DNA of 64,000 bases from Candidatus Gottesmanbacteria bacterium (GCA_963714095.1 OY970230.1:831907-895906), one strand, 5' to 3'. Counted from the first letter of the stretch, positions 41,846-53,348 are shown. Program-made: numbers and translations. The notes: a model not told the origin generated them from the letters alone.

Positions 41846-43488
41846 AAACGAAGCGCGTTCTCTGGATCGGTATTATTTCTTCAATTATATTTTCAGGGAT
41901 ATTCCTGCGGACGCTGTATCTGACTTTTGATAAACCGCTGCGTGCCGCGGATGACGAAGCGTATTATTATTTTTTATTTGATAACAACTTTACCAAGCTT
42001 GCGGAGGGAGACATCGGGCATCTATTTGATACTCGCATGTTTTATCCACTGAAGAATACGCTTGCCTTCGGCAACAGCGTCTTGGGTCCGAGCATCCTCG
42101 GGCTCCCCGTGTACATGGTAACCCGCAATGTCATCATATCGGCAAATGCAGTACGGATCGCGGATTTTTTGCTTTCCTTTTTCTTTCTGTATCTCGTTGC
42201 GTATTCGCTGACGGGGGACATATGGGGGGCATTTATCGCTGGGCTTATTTATACATACAATCCGTACATGATGTCGCGGTGGCATCAGGATCTTGTGGCA
42301 TTCCAGTGGGTGCCCCTGATTTTTTTGGCAACGGAAAAGCTCCTGAAACGTATACGGTGGCGCTGGACTATCGTTTTGGTAGCGGCTTTTCTTCTGCAGT
42401 TTATCACTTCTTTTTACTATTTTTTCTTTCTGGCGATTCTCTGGCCCGTGTATACCGTTATCCGGATGTGTCAGATAAAAGTTTCTTTAAGGAACTATAT
42501 GACGCCCGTTGTGTGGTTACCGGCAGTCGTACTCATCTTCTTTATGGGTGTGTATATCCGTCCGTACCTTGCGATGCAGAAAATGTACCATCTCGCGAGA
42601 GGTGCGGAAATTCAGACCTATGCCGCAGGCTTGACTGATTTTTTTCTGGCACCACCGGAAAATCTGACGTACGGGAAGTTCAACACGATGGCACACCCTT
42701 ACGAACATAGTTTATTCCCGGGAATTACTGTTTTTGTCTTTGTGATTGCCGGTTTCTGGCTTTTCCTGCGCAGGAAGTTTTCTGCTCGGGACAGGCCGCA
42801 CGTGGTGGCGTATATGACGATTCTGGTCCTTGCAGTGGTCTGTACGACAGGCCCGGTGTACGGGTTGTTGTACGGGTTGCCTGGAGGTGAAACGCTCCGC
42901 GTGCCGACGCGGTTTATGGTGATTGTTTTGTTTGCTTCGTCAATACTTGCCGCGTATGTGTGGAAATCAGTCGGAAAATTCCGGTTCCGTCGATTGCTGT
43001 TCATATTCGTCATCGCCGCTCTCTGTTTTGAGTACCGCTACGATTTCGGTCGACCCATGGCCGTTCCCCAACCCGTACAGCAGTTTTACCGGACGCTTAA
43101 CGGGCGTAAAGACGTCCATGTACTTTTGGAATTACCCATGGGGAACGGCTATTCCACGCAGAACCCTGTACTTGACCGTGACTTTATGGCAGATTCGAAA
43201 TATCTCCTCTTCGCCCTGTATCACAACAAAATACTCCTGAACGGATATAGCGGATTTATTCCGCCGGACTGGTTTCTTCTGGGACGCACGCTGGCGCTGG
43301 ATTTTCCCACGAAAGAAAAAATTATCCAGCTCGAGCATATCGGCGTTGACACGGTCGTTGTCCATCTTGACGAATATGCGGATGTCCGGATCGGCGCAAA
43401 AGTGCTTAGTGGGTTGCGTTCGATCGGGCTTACCGAAATCGGACACACGAAGGAAATCTTCGCGTTTCGCCTTACTCTTTCACTTTGA
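41842..43488 (+). CDS. Multi-pass membrane protein, probable GT-C/YfhO-like glycosyltransferase
   Basis: FYPLKNTLAF, AGLIYTYNPY, LRVPTRF, LLELP, LLNGYSGF. Confidence 0.7.
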   Translation: MKTKRVLWIGIISSIIFSGIFLRTLYLTFDKPLRAADDEAYYYFLFDNNFTKLAEGDIGHLFDTRMFYPLKNTLAFGNSVLGPSILGLPVYMVTRNVIISANAVRIADFLLSFFFLYLVAYSLTGDIWGAFIAGLIYTYNPYMMSRWHQDLVAFQWVPLIFLATEKLLKRIRWRWTIVLVAAFLLQFITSFYYFFFLAILWPVYTVIRMCQIKVSLRNYMTPVVWLPAVVLIFFMGVYIRPYLAMQKMYHLARGAEIQTYAAGLTDFFLAPPENLTYGKFNTMAHPYEHSLFPGITVFVFVIAGFWLFLRRKFSARDRPHVVAYMTILVLAVVCTTGPVYGLLYGLPGGETLRVPTRFMVIVLFASSILAAYVWKSVGKFRFRRLLFIFVIAALCFEYRYDFGRPMAVPQPVQQFYRTLNGRKDVHVLLELPMGNGYSTQNPVLDRDFMADSKYLLFALYHNKILLNGYSGFIPPDWFLLGRTLALDFPTKEKIIQLEHIGVDTVVVHLDEYADVRIGAKVLSGLRSIGLTEIGHTKEIFAFRLTLSL

Positions 43489-44953
43489 CGAAATAGCTAT
43501 AAAGCGGATCCTGATACTTTCTCTCCCATTGGCCGCTTTTAACCAAAGCGTCTAAATACAGTGTAATGTCCGACGGGGTCGGCACAATAGCCCAGCTAAA
43601 ATGGTACTCATTGTCGTATTTGATAAATGCAATAGGTCCTTTGGGCATTGCGATCCAGTCGCCTTCCAGAACCGGCGGGGTTTTACCGTTTTCCTCCCAG
43701 GCGGCCATGCGTCCGTCAATGAATGTTTTTACCTGCGGAACCCGCCACGAGAGATACCCCCCGTAATCATAAATATGGAAACCATTGCCGCGGGGCGGAT
43801 CGGCGAGCATTATGGCGGTGATAAGCTCTGAGCAATAGAGCGTTTCGTTACAATAATCATTCCAGGAGTAGGTCAAAAGATGCGGGTTCGGCATCGAGAA
43901 ATACGTTTGGAATTTCGCCATGTCCCACGAAACCAATGCGATGAGCATAAGCGCGATTGTCCATTGGACGGCACGTTTCTGAAAAAACCGCCAATGGTAG
44001 AGCGGCAGATTTCGAGCCAAAAAATAGACCACGACGGCGCCCAGAACGATAACAAATCTGTTGGCGCTAAATGCCAGATACGTACTAACCACGACTACCG
44101 CCACAGCGGGGAATGCCCGTATTTTCTTGCGGTTTACAAGAACTGCGAGAGTAAACAGTACGATGATTCCGGTAATCAGTGCCACGAGGGGTAAATCCGT
44201 CAACGGCGCCCATTCGGAGATGCCCAGAAGATTGGTATTGCTGGTGTGTTTAAACGTTTCTTCGTACACCTGCAGCCCCCAGGGGTTTACAAGAGGGGTA
44301 AACCAGGAAGCCGCAAGAGCGAGTCCGTAGGTTTTATATTGATGAATCGGTATTTTTTGTATCCGTGAGAGTATGCCGCAGCAGATCCATTGAATGGAAA
44401 GGAGTATGAGTCCCAATGCAAATCCGCCGTGAAGATTTGCCCAGACCAGAAAAAAAACCGGCAAGAGATACATGACCCAGGCCGGTGTTTTGCGTCCGTC
44501 GGGGTCCAGTATCCGGTCGGATATGACGATAGATGCGGCCATAAAGATTGTTGAAATGGTCGCCGTGCGCATGCCGCCGCCCCACATGGGCCCGACGAGT
44601 GCGATAAATACTATTCCCAGAAACAGTAATTGTACAAGATTTAACCGTTTGGGTGGCCAGATGACGATACAAAATGTAAAGAGCGTACAGAGGCCCGCGG
44701 TCACGGAAAGTCCTAAAAATCCCAAATGGGTAAACAGCTGGTAGACGATAAGATCATATCCCCAAGATGCCTGCACCCATTTATACTGCGGCCAGACGAA
44801 GCTGATGATATTGTCCCGCAGCACGTGTCCGGTCTGAAAGAAATACTGTCCATACCGCAGGTGCCAGCCTAAATCAGGGTCGCGGGCCGGCTGTGTAACC
44901 AACAAAAGAAAAGCAATGATAAAAAAGATTTTTGCCAGGTTAGTGAATCGCAT
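43472..44953 (-). CDS. Multi-pass membrane protein, probable GT-C
   Basis: DPDLGWHLRYG, WANLHGGF, ISEWAP, YGGYLSW, FIDGR. Confidence 0.7.
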   Translation of the reverse strand: MRFTNLAKIFFIIAFLLLVTQPARDPDLGWHLRYGQYFFQTGHVLRDNIISFVWPQYKWVQASWGYDLIVYQLFTHLGFLGLSVTAGLCTLFTFCIVIWPPKRLNLVQLLFLGIVFIALVGPMWGGGMRTATISTIFMAASIVISDRILDPDGRKTPAWVMYLLPVFFLVWANLHGGFALGLILLSIQWICCGILSRIQKIPIHQYKTYGLALAASWFTPLVNPWGLQVYEETFKHTSNTNLLGISEWAPLTDLPLVALITGIIVLFTLAVLVNRKKIRAFPAVAVVVVSTYLAFSANRFVIVLGAVVVYFLARNLPLYHWRFFQKRAVQWTIALMLIALVSWDMAKFQTYFSMPNPHLLTYSWNDYCNETLYCSELITAIMLADPPRGNGFHIYDYGGYLSWRVPQVKTFIDGRMAAWEENGKTPPVLEGDWIAMPKGPIAFIKYDNEYHFSWAIVPTPSDITLYLDALVKSGQWERKYQDPLYSYFVKVKE

Positions 44954-46895
44954 ATGTTATAAGATAACACGCCGCAATAATGAAAAACAGCGCGTGATAT
45001 CCTATTGCCATGGCGCTGTATTCGAGAAACCCACCAAGTACTGCGCCAAGAATATTTGATGACAGCGCCAGAACGGGCCGTGGGGTATTTTTAAACAGCT
45101 GGCTGAAGATCATGTTCGCAAAAAATACCGGAGAGAAATAAAGAACCGCCGCCAACACGTATCTGGCGGCTCCTGGGACCGAAAGAAAATTTTCCGTAGG
45201 TATCATTGCAGAAAGAAGCAAGCTTCCAAAGAGGAGTATGTAGAGAATCCCCGGCTTGATACGGACGTTCATGCTTATGATGTTGGCAATAAGAATTGAT
45301 GTGAGGATTGCTCCAAACACGAGAGAATTGACAAACCATGTCGCGCCGAACAGGAGGCTGAACGTGGTAAGGCTTTTGGTTTCCAACAGGAGAAATGCCG
45401 CGCCGAACAGGAAAAACTTTACGTTAAACCCGCGCTCTTTCTGGATATACATGCTGAGCGCCATAAGTATGACGGCAAGTGCCAGAAGTGTCCCGAGTAT
45501 GGTCAGATAGAAGGCGGGAATGCCCCGGTTCTGCACATACAGAAACGGCCAGTCGTCGGTTGCAGGTGTCGCGTCTCTGGTTTTTTCGTACCGCACGATC
45601 GGTGAATCCTTCTTAAGGTCCGCAAGTTTTGGCTCCGCCATGATGATCGCAGCCTGCGTTTGCTTGTCAAAAAGGTACACATACGGCGTGGTGCCGAACG
45701 AATGCATGGCCATTTGAGCGATTTTATCTACAAGCCACGGTTCACGGTAATAATTGTAAAACACCGCGAGTCCGTTGGGGGTGAGATGTTGGCTTGCTTC
45801 TTTCATCGCTTCTTCGGTAAACAAAAAACTTTCCAGCCGGATATTTGACGTTTGACTCGTGAGTACCAGTGAGTCTGTTAGTGCGAAAATGATGAGATCA
45901 TACTGCCGCTTGCTGTTTGCTAAAAAATTTCTCCCGTCGCCGACGGTCAGATGGACGCGCGGATCTTCGTACGGCTGATCGGGATGGTGCGCGACACCCA
46001 GCTGTGCCACGACGGGATCTATTTCAACGGCATCGATGCGTGCGAGAGACGGATCTTCTCCGAGGGCGGTAGCCACATCATTGCCGGTGCCGGATCCCAG
46101 AATGAGTATATTTTTGTACTCAGGATGATGTAATTCTTCATACGCGAGGCGATAAAATGGTTCCTTATCTAACGAATGTGCGGCGTATTGGTTGGGGACG
46201 GTATTGACGGAAACGCCGAAATTCATGAAAAATTCGTGGATGTCCACGCGGTAATACGGGGACCAGAGTGAGTCGCCTGTGGTCCCGAATACGAGAATAA
46301 TTGTGCAAACCAGCGGAAGTATGCCCAAGACTATCCATTTCCAGGAGGGTCAGGAATGTAACGGTTGTCCCTACAGCACCGATAATGATAAACCATATCC
46401 ATGCAGAGACGCCCAGAAACGAAAGGCCGGAAAAGATGATGATTGCCAGAAGCGATCCGGCAATGTCGATGGTGTAGGCGGTTATAGGAGGAAGTTACCC
46501 AAACACGCGCCCGAATTCCTGTGATATCATGGCAAAACACAGGGAAACCAGAAGGAAAATGAAGGGTAAAATTGTGGTGGGTTCCACATGGGGTACGGTT
46601 TGCGGGCTGATATCGGTGAAAAAAATAACGTTTGGGGAAGTGTTCTGAACATCGAGATTAAACGAGACTGTGAGCGTAATGAGAAGCAGTAGAAATAGGG
46701 GAAATATCTGTTGTATTTCGCCCGAATGCGGCTTTTCGTCCATAGCAGACCTAACCCTAATCCCAGGAACGCAGCAAGCAGCGTGATGTTGGCAAAAAAT
46801 CCCATGAGCCGGACGCATGAGGGGATGAAGCGGATGAGGGCAAGTTCCGTGAAGAGAATAAGAAAACTGAGTAAAAAGAGGCGGAGTCTGGTCAT
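44940..46895 (-). CDS. Fused membrane / spermidine-synthase-like SAM-dependent protein (frameshifted N-terminal part)
   Basis: LFTELALIRFIP N-terminus, WSPYYR, ILILGSGTGND, AVEIDP, DGRNFL, PATDDWPFLY. Confidence 0.75.
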
Positions 46896-46946
46896 TTCAA
46901 TCATCATACTACCAAATTTGCAGTATGCGTGATACGGTATGTGTAA

Positions 46947-48368
46947 ATGGTGCCAAGGATAAAAAATATACTGCTGTTTTTGCTTGCGATTATTCCGTAT
47001 ATATATCTGACGAATAGGCTGTTTCTCCTTGAGCCTCCGGTCTGGCCGGATGAAGCAGTATTTACTGATGTAGCAAAAACGTTTATTAGAACCGGTCACA
47101 TAGCAACGCAGATCTATGGAGGCGCGATATATAATACTGCCGCACATTTCTATTTTTATCCGCCCGCGTATTTTCTTACACTCTCGGCCTGGATCCGGAT
47201 GTTCGGACCGGGTATTGAATCCGTCCGCCTGATGTCTTCTTTTATAGGATTACTGTCCCTGGTTCTTTTTTGGATTTATATCGTTCGACTGTTCCACTCG
47301 CGGACACTCGCGGTAGCGGGCACGGTAATGCTGAGTATTGATAGTTATTTCGGGCTGTCTTCGCGTACGGCCCGCATGGAAATAGTAGTATTTTTTCTCT
47401 TTATTTCCACGCTCATCGTGATTGATATCGCTTTTCAGCGGAAATCAGCCCTCTGGTATTTGGCCGGCGGCATACTTGCCTCATGTGCCGTGATGACTCA
47501 TCCATTGGGAATCATGGTCGTTGCACTTGCCGTTTTTGCCGTTATAGCCAGACACAGGAAAATCGATACGGATGTCTGTTGGGATCTTTTGCCTCCGGCG
47601 CTGGCTGCAGCGGGTTGGTTTATCTCGATGGGGAAAAATTTTCCGATGTTCATCTATCAGGTTGGTATAAATTTTGCATACAAAAATGCAGAGGTCCCTC
47701 ATATTTTTACCCTGTTCGGGCAGGGGATATTCTGGCAGATCTCTATGGTGTGCATCGGCCTCATTATCGCCATACAAACTCTCGTTGTTATTCAAAAAAG
47801 GAAATATTCTGACATATTCGTTTTGGGCGGTTTTGTAATCTCGGTTCTCTTTGTCTTATGGGGAAAGGTTTTTTGGTACACCATATATCCGGCGCCGTTT
47901 ATAGACCTCATGATTCTTGGTTTTTTTGCATGTCCTCCGAAACAAAACGTATACAGATACGGCGTGTTTTTGTTGTCTTTCTGTACAATCCTTGCACAGG
48001 CGGCCATCCTGTATATGACGCTGCAGTCATTTCAGGGGATGGACAACGGATATCACCTGTTTACCCGATCAATTCAGTCGTTCGTGCCCCGCGGCGGGCA
48101 TGTACTACTAGCATCCGTATGGGATCCGTATTTTGATCTTAAGAGGGATTCCGGATTGACACTCTATGAACTGTCAGAACTTCCGTTACCGGATTCGGAC
48201 ATTAAGCCCCTGTTGGATAATGCAGATGTCGTTATCTATACAAATATATTTTCTCCGTATGTTGCTTCCTATTTGAATACCTACAGAAAATCGACAATAC
48301 AGATACACTATGGATATTCAGCTACGGTGGTATTATTACTTCCCCGCGGAGAACGTTTTGCAAAATGA
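46947..48368 (+). CDS. ArnT/GT39-like glycosyltransferase
   Basis: PPVWPDEA, SVRLMS, SRTARME, many TMs. Confidence 0.8.
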   Translation: MVPRIKNILLFLLAIIPYIYLTNRLFLLEPPVWPDEAVFTDVAKTFIRTGHIATQIYGGAIYNTAAHFYFYPPAYFLTLSAWIRMFGPGIESVRLMSSFIGLLSLVLFWIYIVRLFHSRTLAVAGTVMLSIDSYFGLSSRTARMEIVVFFLFISTLIVIDIAFQRKSALWYLAGGILASCAVMTHPLGIMVVALAVFAVIARHRKIDTDVCWDLLPPALAAAGWFISMGKNFPMFIYQVGINFAYKNAEVPHIFTLFGQGIFWQISMVCIGLIIAIQTLVVIQKRKYSDIFVLGGFVISVLFVLWGKVFWYTIYPAPFIDLMILGFFACPPKQNVYRYGVFLLSFCTILAQAAILYMTLQSFQGMDNGYHLFTRSIQSFVPRGGHVLLASVWDPYFDLKRDSGLTLYELSELPLPDSDIKPLLDNADVVIYTNIFSPYVASYLNTYRKSTIQIHYGYSATVVLLLPRGERFAK

Positions 48369-48409
48369 CGCTGGTAAAATACGTTGTGTTTGCGGTATAT
48401 TGAGCATCA

Positions 48410-49042
48410 ATGCACTATTCACGGGACGATGCAATGATCCGTATCCGCAGGAACACGTGGATCCGGCGCAGGCGATTGGCGATGTTCGGGCTTAAAAAAA
48501 CGGACAGGATATTGGATCTGGGTTGCGGCGACGGGCTTGATATAGAAATACTTCGCAAAAAAGGCTGTAAAAAGATTACCGGTGTTGATATCCCCCCGAA
48601 ACTGCTTGCAGATGCCAAAAAAAGGAATCCCGGCGTACGTTTTATCCGTGCATCGGCGGAAAAATTACCGTTTAAGGATGCTTCGTTTGATACGGTATTC
48701 GTTGATTCCGTTCTCTATCATTTTGTCGGGAAGCCGGAGGCGTTTTCCGAGATTTGGCGCGTGCTGGTGCCCGGCGGCCGACTGTGCATAATCGATATGC
48801 ATAACTCGCGGGTACGGAAATTTTTTGATTGGCTCACGTTTTCACCTATACGCCGCATTATCCCGTATCTGGAAAAACGGCGGCGTGCATATACGGTTGA
48901 ACAGGCGGCAATTGAACGGTGGCACGCGCATGAAAAAGAGTTTCTTAAAAGCCTCGCGTCAGCGGGATTTAAGCAGGAATTGTTGCGTACGGACCTACTC
49001 AGTATTATCGGGAAGTACCGAAAGATGCAAGAATTTTTTTAA
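48410..49042 (+). CDS. Class I SAM-dependent methyltransferase
   Basis: ILDLGCGDG, AEKLPFKDASFD, RVLVPGG. Confidence 0.93.
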   Translation: MHYSRDDAMIRIRRNTWIRRRRLAMFGLKKTDRILDLGCGDGLDIEILRKKGCKKITGVDIPPKLLADAKKRNPGVRFIRASAEKLPFKDASFDTVFVDSVLYHFVGKPEAFSEIWRVLVPGGRLCIIDMHNSRVRKFFDWLTFSPIRRIIPYLEKRRRAYTVEQAAIERWHAHEKEFLKSLASAGFKQELLRTDLLSIIGKYRKMQEFF

Positions 49043-50087
49043 CGCGCTTCGCACGCGTCCGGAAGAATATTTTTCTCTGAATTTAATTTTTGCTTTCCGG
49101 CCGAATCGTTGTGCCAGACGCCGATTTTTCAACAGTTTTTCAATGGCCGCTGCCAGCGCCTGCGGATTTGCCGGCGCAACAAGGATTCCCGATACGCCAC
49201 CCACGACGTCTTCCGGTATGCCGTCAATATCGCTTGCGATAATCGGAAGACCCGCTGCCATAGCCTCCAGAACCGCGATTGATCCGCTGCCTTCTTCCAG
49301 CGAGGGCAAAATAAAACAATAGGCTTTTTTAAAAAACGGCTGTGTATCGTCCGCATAACCGGTAAACGTGATATTTGAGAGCCCTAGTGTTTGCGCAAAC
49401 CGTTTATTCTTTTTCAGTTTATGGCCGCCGCCCACGATGACGGCTTTATAACGTATATTTTTGTCGTTCAAAATTTTGTACGCGTCAAGAAGATAGGGGA
49501 TACCCTTGCGGGCATCCTGCCTGCAGATAGTCAGGAGTTGTGGTGTTTCAGATTGCATACGGCATTTGATAAAACTTTTTCCGATCCAGTTTGAATTCAT
49601 TTTGTAAAATTTTTTCCGTTGAACGGTAGTGGGTGATGATGCGGTCGCTTTTTGTAAGAATAGAGCGTTCTAAAAGTGAAAATATCGGAGTGTGGTACTC
49701 GTGTTTGATCGTTGTAAAATAATCCGCAAACAACTGTACTGACGGTTGGTTTTTTTTCACGAGCAGTCCTGCTAATGTCCATGGGCCAATGCCCCAAATG
49801 ATTTCTGCGTGATCCAATTTATTTATCGCCTGCGCAATGAGAACAGATGCGGGTACAAGCGCCGCCATTTCGCGGCCGGCGATGATTCGGATAAACGGCA
49901 CCTTAACGACATGAATTATTCCGATGGGTGTTTTTGTGACAGAACTCGTCTGTCCGACGCAAAAAATATGTACGTCGCTTCCAAGAGCGACTAATTGTCG
50001 AGCAAGGGCAGCCCCGTAGTGTGCGTACCCGCTTTTTCCGGTTTTCGGATGCTTGCCGCTTATAAGAGAGATCGTAGGGTGGTACAT
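48995..50087 (-). CDS. GT4 glycosyltransferase split by one frameshift near 49550
   Basis: N-half MYHPTISLISG...; C-half RQDARKG...EEGSGSIAVLEAMAAG. Confidence 0.7.
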
Positions 50088-51157
50088 ACGTATGCGATAT
50101 CGGCGCCAGTCAGTGCGACGCCGGAGGGCAAGCACAGGCCGTGCGAACTCAAATGTTCTGCTACCGGATACCGTTCACCCGTAAATAACCCGATTTTTTT
50201 AAACGCAGGCTGCCGGTGAAGCGGGATAAAAAATTCACGTGTTTCGATACCGTTCTTCGCTAATTTTTTCTCGACAGAGTCTCTCGTTTGTTTACTATTG
50301 AACAAAATTCCGTACTGCCAGTAAACATTGGTATATCCCGGAAGTTCGGAGGGAAGCCGTAGACCGTTCACGCCAGAGAGGAGCCGCGAATATTTTTGTG
50401 CAATAGTGCGTTTTTTTGCTATGAAATTCTTTGCGTTTTCCGTTTGTGCAAGTCCTAAAGCCGCTTGTACGTTGCTTAACCGGTATGCATAGGCAATTTC
50501 CTGATGCAAAAAATGCTTGTTGGGAGTGCGGGCAAGGTTGCGAAGGCTCCGCATGCGGTCGGCAAGGCGTTTATTATTCGTCGTTACCATGCCGCCTTCG
50601 CCGGTTGTTATAATCTTATTGCCGTAGAATGAAAAGCAGCCCATATCGCCGAAAGAACCTGCTAATTTATTACGGATTTTTGCTCCGTGAGCCTCTGCGG
50701 CATCCTCGATAACGGCGAGTTTATATTTTTTGGCCAATTTCCGTACCGCCGCCATATCCGCCGGGTGCCCGTGAAGGTGGACGGGGATAATGGCACGGGT
50801 TTTTTTGGTAATCTTTTCTTCTATTTTGGATACATTGATATTTCCGGTATTTTTTTCGCTGTCTACAAGTATTGGTTTTGCGCCAAGATACACAATGGGC
50901 AGCGCCGTCGCAATCATCGTAAGAGTGGGTACGATGATTTCGTCGCCGGGACCGATATGCAGGGCCGCCAGTGCCAGATGGATGGCACCGGTGCCGCTTG
51001 AACAGGCGACCGCATATTTCGTGCCGATGAGTCGGGCAAATGCGTTTTCAAACCGCCGGATATACGAACCTTTGGATGACACCCAACCGCTTGTAAGACA
51101 ATCCAGGACGTATTTTTTTTCGTTCCGTCCGATAAGAGGTTCTGATACGGGAATCAT
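50060..51157 (-). CDS. DegT/DnrJ/EryC1/StrS sugar aminotransferase (perosamine synthetase-like)
   Basis: SSGTGAIHLAL, IEDAAEAHG, FSFYGNKIITTGEGG. Confidence 0.95.
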   Translation of the reverse strand: MIPVSEPLIGRNEKKYVLDCLTSGWVSSKGSYIRRFENAFARLIGTKYAVACSSGTGAIHLALAALHIGPGDEIIVPTLTMIATALPIVYLGAKPILVDSEKNTGNINVSKIEEKITKKTRAIIPVHLHGHPADMAAVRKLAKKYKLAVIEDAAEAHGAKIRNKLAGSFGDMGCFSFYGNKIITTGEGGMVTTNNKRLADRMRSLRNLARTPNKHFLHQEIAYAYRLSNVQAALGLAQTENAKNFIAKKRTIAQKYSRLLSGVNGLRLPSELPGYTNVYWQYGILFNSKQTRDSVEKKLAKNGIETREFFIPLHRQPAFKKIGLFTGERYPVAEHLSSHGLCLPSGVALTGADIAYVCTTLRSLL

Positions 51158-51220
51158 GGCGCCATCATACCGCGGGGCGCTCCTCTTGTCGAGATTCGAA
51201 AGAATAGTATACTAGGACAC

Positions 51221-52645
51221 GTGAAGATAAAAAAATATTTGCCGTGGATTATTATCGGTATCGGCATTCTCCTGCGGCTCCGGCAATACTTTTTTAACCG
51301 GTCGCTATGGCTGGATGAAGCGCTATTGGCACGCAATATTATTGAACGATCGTTTGTGGGGCTCCTTCAGCCGCTCGGATATGAGCAAAATGCCCCGGTC
51401 GGTTTTTTACTCTTATCAAAGCTGGCGACGGTTATCGGCGGGCCGACGTCGTTGGCTCTGCGGTTTTTCCCGCTTGTATTCGGCATCATTTCATTGTTCT
51501 TTTTTTACCGCGTCGCGAGGCATTTTTTGCGCTTGCCCGGCACGCTTATTGCTCTCACTTTTTTTTCACTGGCGACCCCTATGGTGTATTACTCGACGGA
51601 GTTTAAACAATACATGGGGGATGTGCTTGCCGCACTCATCCTGTGGTATTTTTTTCTTGTCGCACCGCCGAAAAGTAAGAGCCGGCTCGCCCTGTTGGGG
51701 GCAGGTATATTGTGGTTTTCGCATGCGAGCGTGTTTATCCTTGCAGGTTTGGGCATGGGAGATATTTCGCTTTGGACCTATGCCGTTCCCATATGGCTTG
51801 CGAGTTTCGGCATCGATTATCTTTTGTTCCTTCGGTATAGCCTTTCCCTGACTATGGTCAATGTTTGGCAGGGGCATTTTTTATTATTTCCATGGTTGCG
51901 GGGGAAAACGGATGTGTATGTTAAATCAATAGGTACCGTCTTCGGATTTTTTGTGGATGTAGATGCCGCGTGGGTGCACGCATGCCTGTTGGTCGCCGGA
52001 TATAGTTCCCTTGCAAGAAAAAGCATCAAAAATATCAGCGGTTTTATTCTGCCCATTGTTTTTGTACTCATTGCGTCCGGTTTTGAGAAGTACCCCTTTG
52101 TCCCGCGGCTTCTCCTCTTCTTTGCGCCGTCTCTCTATATCGCAATCGGGGCAGGCGCGGATCTTTTGATAGCATGCGGTCGAAGGATAGCGCATAAGGC
52201 AGGAGCAATGATTGCCGTTTGTGTTCTTTTACCGCTCCTTTTCTGGGGTACGGTACCGTATGCCGCAGCGTCATTCGTGACGCCGATAAAAGTAGAAGAG
52301 CTCGAACAGGTGATGAGCTATCTTCACGCGCATTATCAGAAAGGCGACATCATTTATCTCTATTATGCGGCGGAATCACCGTTCCGGTTTTATGCCCCGA
52401 AGTTCGGCCTCGACCGGGTGCCCGTCGTGGTCGGCGTGTCCTCACGGGATGACCCGGTGAAATATCAGCAGGATGCGGCGAAACTGAAAGGGAATCCCCG
52501 GGTATGGGTGATATTTTCCCACATTTTTCAGCAGGAGTTTGTCGGGGAAGATCAGTACATTGTCAGGTTTCTGGATTATATCGGGAGCCGTCTGGATTAT
52601 TATCCGCAGGTCGGCGCATCATTGTATCTGTATGATTTAAGATAA
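51221..52645 (+). CDS. GT39-like membrane glycosyltransferase
   Basis: NRSLWLDEA, YYSTEFKQY, many TMs; GTG start. Confidence 0.8.
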   Translation: MKIKKYLPWIIIGIGILLRLRQYFFNRSLWLDEALLARNIIERSFVGLLQPLGYEQNAPVGFLLLSKLATVIGGPTSLALRFFPLVFGIISLFFFYRVARHFLRLPGTLIALTFFSLATPMVYYSTEFKQYMGDVLAALILWYFFLVAPPKSKSRLALLGAGILWFSHASVFILAGLGMGDISLWTYAVPIWLASFGIDYLLFLRYSLSLTMVNVWQGHFLLFPWLRGKTDVYVKSIGTVFGFFVDVDAAWVHACLLVAGYSSLARKSIKNISGFILPIVFVLIASGFEKYPFVPRLLLFFAPSLYIAIGAGADLLIACGRRIAHKAGAMIAVCVLLPLLFWGTVPYAAASFVTPIKVEELEQVMSYLHAHYQKGDIIYLYYAAESPFRFYAPKFGLDRVPVVVGVSSRDDPVKYQQDAAKLKGNPRVWVIFSHIFQQEFVGEDQYIVRFLDYIGSRLDYYPQVGASLYLYDLR

Positions 52646-52727
52646 ACGTAAAGTTTCCGTCATACTTCCTGCAAAAAATGAGGCAGAAGGGTTGGCCACC
52701 GCCCGTATTATTTTGGGGGAACAATAA
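52632..52727 (+). pseudogene. Relic of a GT2 N-terminus
   Basis: ATG-ATT-TAA then DKRKVSVILPAKNEAEG in the same frame. Confidence 0.5.
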
Positions 52728-52730
52728 CAA

Positions 52731-53348
52731 TTACTTCAACTTTCCCGACCCGCGGAAGAGAAGCGAGATAAGGATAAGGTCATAAAAAATCCGGAAATAT
52801 TTTACAATCCCGAATTTGGATTGCCCGTACTTCCTTGGGCGGTGCGCGACCGGGACTTCAACAATTTTTAGATGAAGTTGGCGGGCAAGGAGTAATGAAT
52901 AGCGTAATAATGATCCTTCTTTCGGAAGCCGGTCAAGAACGTCTTTCCGGTAAACCTTCATCGGGCTTGAGAAATCGTTGAATTTATATATAAAATTAGC
53001 CAGACGCGTCAGCACTATTTTATACTGGGGATCATGACGGCGCATCCGATATCCCGAAACAATATCGTACCCTTCGTCCAGTTTTTTTAATAATTTAGGA
53101 AGCTCCCGCGGGTCGTCCTGTAAGTCTGAATCTATCGTGATGATAATAGATCCCTTTGCCCGTTCGATACCGGTCCGGAGAGCCTCCCATTTCCCGAAAT
53201 GGTCAGTGTATCCCGACGCGTCGTCTACGGCAACAATTTCATATTTTTTGCCGGCAAATGTGTGCTCGATTTCAGTGAATAACTGCGGCAGGGACGCGTC
53301 TTCGTCCCTCACGGGGAGGATAATGGAATAAACAATATTGCAATTCAT
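52731..53348 (-). CDS. GT2 (ArnC/DPM-synthase-like) glycosyltransferase, compact
   Basis: SIILPVRDE, VDDAS, IDSDLQDDP, HRPRKYGQSK. Confidence 0.85.
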   Translation of the reverse strand: MNCNIVYSIILPVRDEDASLPQLFTEIEHTFAGKKYEIVAVDDASGYTDHFGKWEALRTGIERAKGSIIITIDSDLQDDPRELPKLLKKLDEGYDIVSGYRMRRHDPQYKIVLTRLANFIYKFNDFSSPMKVYRKDVLDRLPKEGSLLRYSLLLARQLHLKIVEVPVAHRPRKYGQSKFGIVKYFRIFYDLILISLLFRGSGKLK

